A stretch of 63,683 nucleotides of DNA, counting the filler, from Licmophora abbreviata (lineage: Eukaryota), in assembly GCA_900291995.1 (NCBI GenBank). It is 11 parts of 11 records of this genome, joined end to end, with 100 filler letters (N's around TTAATTAATTAA, not from the genome) between each part and the next. Parts side by side here need not be neighbours in the genome. Positions count along the whole stretch, not along the records: positions 19,923 to 26,964 come from OLMU01003225.1; positions 27,065 to 28,249 come from OLMU01003226.1; positions 28,350 to 30,145 come from OLMU01003230.1; positions 30,246 to 38,928 come from OLMU01003231.1; 7 more parts are not named here. One strand, written 5' to 3'. Every line of letters begins with the position of its first letter. Position 1 is the first letter of the stretch. The notes below the pieces were generated by a model. That model was not told where the DNA came from. It worked only from the letters and a program-made list of their open reading frames with translations, and made no database searches. This document shows positions 21,602-30,521 of this stretch, in pieces. A program made the translations under genes and the position numbers.

Positions 21602-24600
21602 CTAGAAATTGAAATCGTCCGCGCCAGGAGCCACCGGTGCAGACGAGAAAGAAGACTCCTTAGTTTGAAGTGCGTCAGGGGCCGCTGGTGACGGAAAAGA
21701 TTCCTTGATTTGCTCGACGATCCGGTCTATACTTGCCGTCGTCTCGTCGCCGATCGCGTCCGCCGCCCGAAGTGCATCAGGAGTCGCTGGTGTCGGAAGA
21801 GATGCCTTGGTCTGCTCGACGATCCGGTTCGCACTTTCCGCTGTTCTGTCAACGATTGCGTCCGTGGCACGAGGATTGTCAGGAGCGACGGGTAACGGAA
21901 GAGATTTCTTGGTTTGCTCGACGATACGGTTTACGCTTTCCGCTGTTCTGTCAATGGCTGCGTCCATCGTACGAACAGCGTCAGGGGTCGCTGGTGATGG
22001 AAGAGATTCCTTGGTTTGCTCGAGGATCCGGTTCACACTGTCCGTTGTTCTGTCAACGATTGCGTCGATTGCCCGAAGAGCGTCAGAGGCCGAAGGTGGC
22101 GGAATAGATTCCTTGGTTTGCCCGACGATCCGGTTGACACTTTCTGTTGTTCTGTCAACGATTGCGTCTATCGCACGAAGAGCGTCAGAGGCTGACGGTG
22201 GCGGAATAGATTCCTTGGTTTGCGCGACGATCCGATTCACACTTTCTGATGTTCTGTCAACGATTGCGTCCATCGCACGAAGAGCCACCGGTGGAGGACC
22301 AGAGATCTTGGTTTGCTGGATGATCCGATCTACACTTCCCGTGGTTTTGTCAACGATGGCATCCGTCGCTCGTAGAAATTCTTGCAGACGCGGCGCGAAA
22401 GGCTGCCTGACTTGCTCGACGGCTTGATCAACTGTTTCTGTCGTTTGGACGCTGATGGTATTCGTCACCCGCAACACTTCTTCCAGTTGCTGCGGGAAAG
22501 TCTCGGTCGTCAAGAGTTCGATCAGAAGACCCGTCGTTAGCAAAACCATGAAGACTCGTCCGACCATAATTTCCGCTTGACTCAAGATTCCCTGTCCAAA
22601 ATCATGTTGGGGATCCACTTCCAAAATATCCCTATTGGCGGTCGTGTCCTCCACACTCTTTCCAGATTTTTGGTTCCAGCCTCCTGCGATGGCCGTCGAT
22701 GTTGATGTCTCAATGCTCTTCTGCTCAGTGATCGGAACCTGTGCAGGAGTACTCTCTTGCGCCGGATCTTGAATCGTCGTCTCGGGGATTGCGGCCTCCT
22801 CAATGTCCGCAAAGAAAAAGCTTTCGACTGTGGGTATGCGCTTCTTCTCTTCCATGTCCTCGATGCGAATAATCCGGTTTCTCTTGACGTCTTCTTCAGC
22901 TTGAATAGGCTTGGAAGAATTGACCTTCTGAAGGCCCCGTGTTACAGAAGGCGGAGTACTACCGACAACTGGTGACTGGACGGGATTCTTCGGAAGGTTA
23001 GCTGGAATGCTCGCTGCTGGTGGTCTTGGAGCCTTGGAAGAACTGTTCAATATGCGTTCCGAATCCTTCATCGACACGCCGCTTGATACTTTCGATGAAT
23101 TGTCATCGTTACCCCTTTGAACAATAGGAGTAGAACTGATCTTCTTAAAGCCAGGTGATAACCGCTTGGAAGAACGTGTGGTAGTACCTGCCTTCGGCGT
23201 CTGAACTGATTTCCTGTCACGATTGGCCAACTTTGTGGCTGGTGGCGATGCCGGGGGGCTGTTGGTTGGTCGGCTCACTTCAAAGGCAGGTGTCAAAGCT
23301 TTCGTTGCGGTGCCATCTGGGGACTTTGTGGGGGCGCCTGTCTTCTCCGCAACTGTGTCCCCGGCGATATCCCCCCTTTTACTATCCGAGCGACTTCCGG
23401 CCTGGATGCGCGGCGAAGCAGCATCTTCTCCCCGTCTTGACGTAGTAGCAGGCATGACCGTGCTAGCCGCTGGATTTGGAAGTGATAGGTCAACCGAGGC
23501 TACCGACCTACGGGGCGGCTTCGTCTTGTTCTCTTCAACGTTTCGCTGCGGTAGAACTGGGCGCTCGGATATGCGCTTCCAGGGACCTGTAGGCAAAACG
23601 GGCGTCTCTCTTCTAGCAGCAGCCACTCTTGGCGGAGCCGGGAGATTGCGAGAGGTGCGCTGCGTAGAAGCAGAACGTGATGGCAACGGTGGCGGTGATA
23701 CTTGGGAGACAACCGAGCCGATTGGAGGGGATTTTGATGCGTCTACCGAGGCAGTGTCGCGACGTCCTATGGTCGTTGACCAATTCTTCGCCACCCGCGG
23801 CTTCTTCATGCTCGTTAGATACGTGCTGCCGCTTCCTATCGTCTTCCGCGATGCCTTGGGCTTTCCACGAGTCCTTGGAGCTTTTCTCGCTGATGCACTT
23901 GATCCGACTTTGCGAAAGCTGCTTGCGCTTCTGGACGACCCGATTCTTCCCGTAGTGGCAGAGCCTCCTCCAAGCATGTTGCCGAACACTTCGCTTATGG
24001 CGAGGAAAGGCTCCTTCTTCACTGATCGTACATTTGACATGTTCGTTAGAGGCAGATTTTCTCTGCGTGTGCTTTCAGAGGGAGAGGCATAGTTGACAGC
24101 CTCTTCAGACTCCGTCCTAGACGTTGCTTGGGCAGATACACCATTAGACGCTGAGAGAATCGTCGCTTGCGGAGTGTTGGACGTGACCGCCGTCCCGCTA
24201 GACCAACCCCGTGACGTCGCATAAGCGCTCATACTGGAAGTAGATGTGGTTCGTCCAGTAGCGTGCTTCAACTCTCCTCTTATGGGTCGGTGTCTGACGA
24301 GGTCGCCGCCGGCATTTCGGGCATCTAGCCCTGCGGTGTCTCGGAAGCCACCATCGCCCCTAGTTGGCCTCCGCGGAGGATTCTTTTCCGCATTAGAAGG
24401 TAAGACGCGTTGCTTGGTCACAGCGCCACCCCTGAGATCATCTAGAAAGCTGCTTCTGCGAATGGTAGATGGCGGCGTATCCATCGATCGTTCGCGAGAT
24501 GATGGCGACATGCCAGACCCAGAATCTCGTGTCGAGTCCCTCAGGTTGCGCCCCTTGAACTGAGACCAATCCGTCGGATCACGAGACCGCTTCATGCTAT

Positions 24601-26851
24601 CGAGATACGAGCGTCCGCCTTCCGTCGTCGTTCTCGAGCCTCTGTATCTCCCAGTAGTCCTAGATGCAGTAGGTGAGTCGAAATCTGACCTGCCCGAATA
24701 CGTGGACCAATCAATGGCCGCACGTGGCTTCTTCATGTTATCAAGATACGTACTTCCGCTGCCGATCGTTTTTCTCGACGCCCAAGGCATCCCGCTACTC
24801 CTAGGGGGCGACCGAGCTGGTTTTCTCGAAACGCTATTGCCCATGTAACTTTCGCCGACACGGGAGTTTGTTCTTCCGCGAGTAGGATTTGAGTCTGTCA
24901 TCGGGTATCTCGAGTTGGACGATACTGAGCCCGAGCCTCTATTGGAATTTGCTGTATACTCGGACCAATCCACAGCCGCTCGCGGCTTTTTCATGTTCTT
25001 TAGGTACGTGCTGCCGGTTCCTATCGTCTTCCGAGACGCCTTGGGCCTTCTTCGGGGCTTGGGCGCTTTTCTTGCGGGATTCCAAGATCCGACACTACCC
25101 AACCCTGCATTTCCCCTTGCAGAAGAGCCTCCCCCGAATAGGTTACCGAACAGTGTACCCATTTTGTCAAAGTAGCCCTTTCTTGGTGTCGCTGTGTTGG
25201 AAGTGCTTCTTAGAACGTCATCCATCACAGATCTGCCACCAGAAGACGATCGATAATCTGAGCTTTCCCAAGACTCCGCCCTCGTCGATCGGGATGACGG
25301 TCCCATAGGAGGCACACGTGTCGGTGGTGGTGAAGCGTAGGTCGTGGGTGACGATCCGGTTGGCCAGCCCTTGGACGCTGCATAAGCGCTCATGCTAACA
25401 GCAGACGTGGTCCGTCTTGTGACGCTGTTCGGTTCTCCTTTCACGGGCTGCCTCCTGGCGGGGTCAGCCATGGTAGCCCCAGCGGTCTGCGTGGATACAG
25501 TAGCAGATCTCGACAAAGGAGGCGCATATGGCGCCGATGCTGTCATCCGAGACCTCTCTGTCGTCGCCCTAGTTCTAACCCTGCTATCATCATATCCAGT
25601 TCCCATCGACCCAGACCCAGGCGCTCCTCTACCAGGGCGGCCCTGAGCCGCTGTATTAGACGGAGGGTTGTAGGTGACCGGCGCCTTGAACTGGGACCAG
25701 TCGGGTGTTTCTACTGGCCTCTGCATGTTCATGTTGTCGAGATAGCCTGTTCCCCCTGCGGCAGCAGAGTACCCTTGGCCTCGCCTCGGCAACTGCCTCC
25801 CCTGCATGTTCATGCCACCAACGTAGTCCACACGAGCCGCTGGTCTCGACCACGCACTAGAAGGAGCAGGTGCTGCTGGAGATGCGGTGAGAGTGCTAAA
25901 AGGCCGTGGAGCCGCCAATCTCGACCAGTCCGGCGACACAACCGTGTTCGCGATATTATCAAGGTAGTTCCCGCCTGTCCCACCGGTTTGCACTCTGCCT
26001 CTTCTCGGGAACTGCCTTTGCACTGGACCGCTGCTGAGTGCGCCTAGATAATCTGCACTCGCGGGGGCAGGGGCCGTTGAAAGCGGGGTGAACGGGGCAG
26101 GCGGGGAGTAACTCGACCAATCCTTTGTCTCGGACTTCGTACCAAGACTGTAGATGTAGCCGACTCCCTTTGAACCTGGCTTCCCTCGAGGAGGTTGTTG
26201 ATTGACAATGCCATTGTTCTGACCTGCACTATAAGTGAAACCTGTGTTCAATGGCGATTGTGGGGGTAAAGATGGAAAAGTGAGAGCCCTCGTTGCCGGG
26301 CTGTCGCCTCTCGATATCAGCCAATCCGAACCGGACTGGGATCGTCCCCTGCTACCGTGGGCAGGGTGATAGCCATCCACGCCAGCAGACAGTCGTGCTG
26401 AGGTTGCATATGTAGGTGATGATTGGACACGTGAAAGTGGGGCTGCGGGAGGTCGGTCGGGGGCTGATCTCGGCGCATTCAAGAAATCGTCCGGTTGGAG
26501 AGCGTGTCCATCTTTCCAACGCGCGTTATCATTGTATCGCATATCGTAATTCGCCGCATTTCGCGTTCCTCCCGGCGGCTGCTGAAAGACGTACCCTCCG
26601 CCAGGGGTAGTAAGATAGTGGGACCGACCTTCCTCGGATTGTCTTGTTGCCAAAACATCAGTTCGAGGTCTTTCTATGGCGGCGGTCGCAGCTCGTCGGG
26701 GTAAGAAATGTGAGGGACGCCTCAAATACGGCTGAATAAACCCAGAAGAAACGCTGCTGAGCAAGTAGAAGAGGCAAGAAAGCTGCAAAATTGGAACATT
26801 GCGCCTCCTTTGTCCGTCTTGTATGCTCCCGGTAATCCTCATCATCGCCAT
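21602..26851 (-). CDS. Giant (~1750 aa) intronless low-complexity repeat protein with predicted plastid presequence, one HLIP/LHC-like TM helix and C-terminal 34-aa repeats
   Basis: 5.3-kb uninterrupted ORF. Signal-like ILQLSCLFYLLSSVSSG followed by FIQP; internal repeats; AEIMVGRVFMV...IELLT helix. Start probably at one of the ATGs at 26842-26851. Confidence 0.88.
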   Translation of the reverse strand: MAMMRITGSIQDGQRRRNVPILQLSCLFYLLSSVSSGFIQPYLRRPSHFLPRRAATAAIERPRTDVLATRQSEEGRSHYLTTPGGGYVFQQPPGGTRNAANYDMRYNDNARWKDGHALQPDDFLNAPRSAPDRPPAAPLSRVQSSPTYATSARLSAGVDGYHPAHGSRGRSQSGSDWLISRGDSPATRALTFPSLPPQSPLNTGFTYSAGQNNGIVNQQPPRGKPGSKGVGYIYSLGTKSETKDWSSYSPPAPFTPLSTAPAPASADYLGALSSGPVQRQFPRRGRVQTGGTGGNYLDNIANTVVSPDWSRLAAPRPFSTLTASPAAPAPSSAWSRPAARVDYVGGMNMQGRQLPRRGQGYSAAAGGTGYLDNMNMQRPVETPDWSQFKAPVTYNPPSNTAAQGRPGRGAPGSGSMGTGYDDSRVRTRATTERSRMTASAPYAPPLSRSATVSTQTAGATMADPARRQPVKGEPNSVTRRTTSAVSMSAYAASKGWPTGSSPTTYASPPPTRVPPMGPSSRSTRAESWESSDYRSSSGGRSVMDDVLRSTSNTATPRKGYFDKMGTLFGNLFGGGSSARGNAGLGSVGSWNPARKAPKPRRRPKASRKTIGTGSTYLKNMKKPRAAVDWSEYTANSNRGSGSVSSNSRYPMTDSNPTRGRTNSRVGESYMGNSVSRKPARSPPRSSGMPWASRKTIGSGSTYLDNMKKPRAAIDWSTYSGRSDFDSPTASRTTGRYRGSRTTTEGGRSYLDSMKRSRDPTDWSQFKGRNLRDSTRDSGSGMSPSSRERSMDTPPSTIRRSSFLDDLRGGAVTKQRVLPSNAEKNPPRRPTRGDGGFRDTAGLDARNAGGDLVRHRPIRGELKHATGRTTSTSSMSAYATSRGWSSGTAVTSNTPQATILSASNGVSAQATSRTESEEAVNYASPSESTRRENLPLTNMSNVRSVKKEPFLAISEVFGNMLGGGSATTGRIGSSRSASSFRKVGSSASARKAPRTRGKPKASRKTIGSGSTYLTSMKKPRVAKNWSTTIGRRDTASVDASKSPPIGSVVSQVSPPPLPSRSASTQRTSRNLPAPPRVAAARRETPVLPTGPWKRISERPVLPQRNVEENKTKPPRRSVASVDLSLPNPAASTVMPATTSRRGEDAASPRIQAGSRSDSKRGDIAGDTVAEKTGAPTKSPDGTATKALTPAFEVSRPTNSPPASPPATKLANRDRKSVQTPKAGTTTRSSKRLSPGFKKISSTPIVQRGNDDNSSKVSSGVSMKDSERILNSSSKAPRPPAASIPANLPKNPVQSPVVGSTPPSVTRGLQKVNSSKPIQAEEDVKRNRIIRIEDMEEKKRIPTVESFFFADIEEAAIPETTIQDPAQESTPAQVPITEQKSIETSTSTAIAGGWNQKSGKSVEDTTANRDILEVDPQHDFGQGILSQAEIMVGRVFMVLLTTGLLIELLTTETFPQQLEEVLRVTNTISVQTTETVDQAVEQVRQPFAPRLQEFLRATDAIVDKTTGSVDRIIQQTKISGPPPVALRAMDAIVDRTSESVNRIVAQTKESIPPPSASDALRAIDAIVDRTTESVNRIVGQTKESIPPPSASDALRAIDAIVDRTTDSVNRILEQTKESLPSPATPDAVRTMDAAIDRTAESVNRIVEQTKKSLPLPVAPDNPRATDAIVDRTAESANRIVEQTKASLPTPATPDALRAADAIGDETTASIDRIVEQIKESFPSPAAPDALQTKESSFSSAPVAPGADDFNF
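21675..22480 (-). repeat. Coding tandem repeat, ~102-bp (34-aa) unit, 7 clear copies + 1 degenerate
   Basis: Unit ALRAIDAIVDRTTESVNRIVxQTKESxPxPxxxD; the DNA core GTTCTGTCAACGATTGCGTC recurs at about 102-nt spacing. Confidence 0.95.
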
Positions 26852-27617
26852 CGTCGCTCTACAGAACACGAACGTCATCATCATCTTCTTTCGCCTCTTT
26901 ATGTCGTGACAGCAAATTCTTCTCTTGATGAACTTCAATGATGATCAGCTGCGACGTCAGCTGCNNNNNNNNNNNNNNNNNNNNNNNNNNNNNNNNNNNN
27001 NNNNNNNNTTAATTAATTAANNNNNNNNNNNNNNNNNNNNNNNNNNNNNNNNNNNNNNNNNNNNTAACCCAAGCGTTTGCGCTATAGTTTTATACAAGGA
27101 CTAATAGAGTTGACATATTGGATGGACCATGAGTAGTGAATGCGCGCACGCACTTCGTGCGTATCAAGATATTCGAGAAGATGACATCATTCGAACGCCC
27201 GAATGGTCATCGATCGACTGACTCACTCGACTAGATTGCAACATCAACTCTTGCCCGATCAGACTATCGGATTGCAGTCCAAGCAAGTCCTATGAGCGAT
27301 GGCTGGAGGCTTGTGATGCTAGACAATTTAAATTACTGCTCTTTACTCTAGACGTGAAGCGCCAAGGGTTGCGAAACGTAAAAATTATGACTTATTCTGG
27401 AACCAGACTCTCGCTCGCACCTCCTCCTAGCATCTCCTCATAGCTAGAGCAGCAAATAGATTTGGACTCGTTGAGCCATGGTACCGGTAGGTTGGTTATG
27501 AACAGGGCCACGAAAGACTCAGTCGGGCTCCACTTCATTACAATTCGAAAATTGGAATGACTTACCCCTCTCCCTCTCCCTCATACTAGCCACAGCCCCA
27601 ACGCATGACACGAAATA

Positions 27618-28229
27618 CTAGTCGCAGGTTTCCTTTGCGGCTATTCTCGCTTCCTTTCTTCTTTGATATCTCTCACTAATGTCACCTGGGCCTTCTTTAT
27701 TGTTGTCGGCGGCTGCCTTGAGCGTGTCCATGTAGTCCTTGCCAAATATCGGAAACTGCGCTGGAATAGGTTCTTTGTCTGGATCCCGCACCTTCGACTC
27801 TTCTCCTTCGTTCCCTGGGGCTATTGTAGCAGGAGGTGGCAGCACTGCCTCAAAAGCAGCGGGCGCAACAACAGGCACCGGTACAATCGTGCTCTCACTA
27901 CTCGAAGGATACCACCATTCTCGTACCGGAGTCTTCTTTCTCGTCGCAACGACACTTGGATTCTCATCTTGAGCTTCAAACCGATCATCCACCGTGAGTG
28001 CCCGTGTGCGAATACTGACGAAACCACCTGGGACGCTTGACACAGGGGGTATGCTCGAACTAGAAGAATCCTCGGGGTCTTCTGCTCCATCAACGGTGGC
28101 AGCACCGAGAGACCGAACAGGGCGTCCTGGACACGGGGGGACAAACCCGACAGATACCCGAAGAACACAGACCAGATACCAGAGACGCAGGAAAGACGTG
28201 GTTCGCCGTCCCTGAACTCTGGTGGACAT
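27618..28229 (-). CDS. Uncharacterised Pro-rich protein with predicted plastid presequence
   Basis: FLRLWYLVCVLRVSVG-FVPP (signal + Phe); 203-aa intronless ORF. Confidence 0.65.
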   Translation of the reverse strand: MSTRVQGRRTTSFLRLWYLVCVLRVSVGFVPPCPGRPVRSLGAATVDGAEDPEDSSSSSIPPVSSVPGGFVSIRTRALTVDDRFEAQDENPSVVATRKKTPVREWWYPSSSESTIVPVPVVAPAAFEAVLPPPATIAPGNEGEESKVRDPDKEPIPAQFPIFGKDYMDTLKAAADNNKEGPGDISERYQRRKEARIAAKETCD

Positions 28230-28349
28230 CGCCAATCTGGTTTCGGTGTNNNNNNNNNNNNNNNNNNNNNNNNNNNNNNNNNNNNNNNNNNNNTTAATTA
28301 ATTAANNNNNNNNNNNNNNNNNNNNNNNNNNNNNNNNNNNNNNNNNNNN

Positions 28350-28735
28350 CCCTCGTCCTCGGTCGATACCACTACCGCACGTCGAGTGTGTATATTCTCA
28401 TGCCGTATCTCGGTCTCACCGGCGTCGTGCGTGTCGTCCCACTGGAATCCCAATCGCGTCAAGAGAGCAAAGCCACGCTGGTAGAGAAAGGACTTTTCGC
28501 CTCGCTGAAACTTTCGGAAGTCGACTCGCTGTAGATAGGCCCACTCTTGGAGATAGATTCGGTCGCGCTCCTCCAACATTGGGAGCGTGTGGCATTGGTC
28601 GTCATGCTGTTGCTGGCGATCGTTTTGCCATCGCCACAGCGCAAAGCCACGGTGCCACTGCTTTGCATTCTGTTTTGAATCCGGAAGATTGTACGTAGAC
28701 GAGTGAGAGCGGAGGCGGCGTTGAAACAGCGGCAT
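28350..28735 (-). CDS. Helicase-associated (HA, PF03457-like) domain protein; 3' end lost in the gap
   Basis: QW..GF...LQEWAYLQRVDFRKFQRGEKS..LLTRLGFQWD fits the HA consensus W..QR..Y.....L..LGF.W, a family expanded in diatoms. Confidence 0.6.
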
Positions 28736-29244
28736 CTTGTAAGGACGAGTCGTCAGGTGAGACCATTGCAACGTGGTGAAGGGATCGAACTGCCGAGATT
28801 CGACGTTGTCATGGTTATTCCGACCACGAGTCGAAAGAATGCGCGCCAAACTTCATGCGCCGCACAGATGCGAGCTGCGAGGCATGATGGTTGAATTTTC
28901 TAGCTCGTATTCTAATGCTAGAAAAGAGCCGCTTTAGGCGGATGCTGGGGGTCGCTGCTTACATCGCTTGCGTTGTTGCGCTCGTGTAGACTAGGCATCA
29001 TGCAACAATGCATCACGTGCCTGTTGGTCCGAAAGTAATTGTCGGTGGCACTTTTTGGCGACAAACTTGCTCCTTCGTCGACGGCCCCGGTAGGAAGCAC
29101 AGCACGTTCGCTCGTGCTGGCCACGAGAAGAAACTAGGAGACTATATGCAGCTCTAATAATAACACCAATGCATTCGAATCTGATGAGGTAAACTTTCAT
29201 GCGCTATTCATTCGATTGTGGCTATCAGGGACAACTGAAGCATC

Positions 29245-29985
29245 TTACAAGTCGTCCTGTAAATTGAGTACAAGGTGCTCTTCGCCGGGCTTGAACGCAG
29301 GGCGCCCCAAGTAAGGACAACTCGCGCAACGGAAGGCGTCACCTAGGGCGCAATTTCCGCAAGAGCTAGTGGGCACCTGCTTGGGCTTTGACTCTGTTCC
29401 GCCCCCCGCTTCGAGCTCAGCGCGTCCGCAGGAGCAGTTGTCACATGCCTTGCGACCTCCACAGTCGTCCGTGGCAGCGCGAGTCTCCGACACGGCCGGA
29501 GGTGGAGCCAGAAGGCCGCTTCCTTCTTCCGACAACAATCCATCCTCGTCGATTAGATCAGTGTCAGTGTCCTCCAAGTTAACCAATACTTTCTTGAGAG
29601 TGACGGGGGCGGCACTGGGAGCTATTTCTTCCTTAGTCGCCGTAAGAACACGTGTGCCGTCGGCCTCGCGCCGCTCGGAGCCTCCGACAAGGCCCGCGAG
29701 GAGAAAGGATGTATGAATCGGCTGCAAGTTGGGAGACTCGCCATTTGACGTCTCCACGCGCACGCAAACTGTCGCATTTGGACGCATCAGCGATGCCCAA
29801 GCCGCCAAATCAGTGGGGTCGTACAGTGAATCCAGCTCGGCCGCAGCCACGATGATCTCAAGAGACTCAACCGACGAGGGAGTCAGTCCCTCTCTCGCCG
29901 CCACCAAACTTTTCGATGACTTGGCCTCATCCTCACCTTCACTAGCAGCGCGAAGGCGCAAGGAAACGCGGTTGCTCGTCGTCAT
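29245..29985 (-). CDS. DRE2: Anamorsin/Dre2 (CIAPIN1), cytosolic Fe-S assembly electron carrier
   Basis: LIDEDGLL linker; [11 protein letters not shown] and [29 protein letters not shown]e-S motifs. Confidence 0.96.
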   Translation of the reverse strand: MTTSNRVSLRLRAASEGEDEAKSSKSLVAAREGLTPSSVESLEIIVAAAELDSLYDPTDLAAWASLMRPNATVCVRVETSNGESPNLQPIHTSFLLAGLVGGSERREADGTRVLTATKEEIAPSAAPVTLKKVLVNLEDTDTDLIDEDGLLSEEGSGLLAPPPAVSETRAATDDCGGRKACDNCSCGRAELEAGGGTESKPKQVPTSSCGNCALGDAFRCASCPYLGRPAFKPGEEHLVLNLQDDL

Positions 29986-30521
29986 GGTTGTTCCTTGTGT
30001 GTGTTGCAGTTGTCGCGAATGCGAACCTCGGCCTCATCGGGCAACACCACCATCGACCATCGACGCAGAGAACTTCTGCTGGAGCGAGTGACAGACTGTC
30101 TGAAGAACAGAAAAGAACGTGTGGCTTCACCCGGATTTTAAGCACNNNNNNNNNNNNNNNNNNNNNNNNNNNNNNNNNNNNNNNNNNNNTTAATTAATTA
30201 ANNNNNNNNNNNNNNNNNNNNNNNNNNNNNNNNNNNNNNNNNNNNAATTGGAATTGGAACATGCTATTATGTATCATAGCATGAGGCCGGCGTCTAGCAA
30301 GGTTCATGATGCAACAAGCCCGGCATCCAGCACTTGCATCTGTACCTTCCAGTTACAGTACAGTTTAAGCATTGAAGAGGCCGTTGGATGAAGAGAGTTA
30401 TGTGATGCGTCGACGATACGCTCAAACCATCAGAAGCGTAAGCTAGCGTTTGGTCGGCTAGCATAGAGTTTCAAGAGGGAAAACTAGAGCTGTAATCTAA
30501 CAGATTCTTAACTGGCATTTA

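Noticed and set aside
21675..22480. 102-bp periodic repeat as a CRISPR-like array
   Set aside because: No unique spacers and no cas genes; the units are in-frame coding repeats in a eukaryotic gene.
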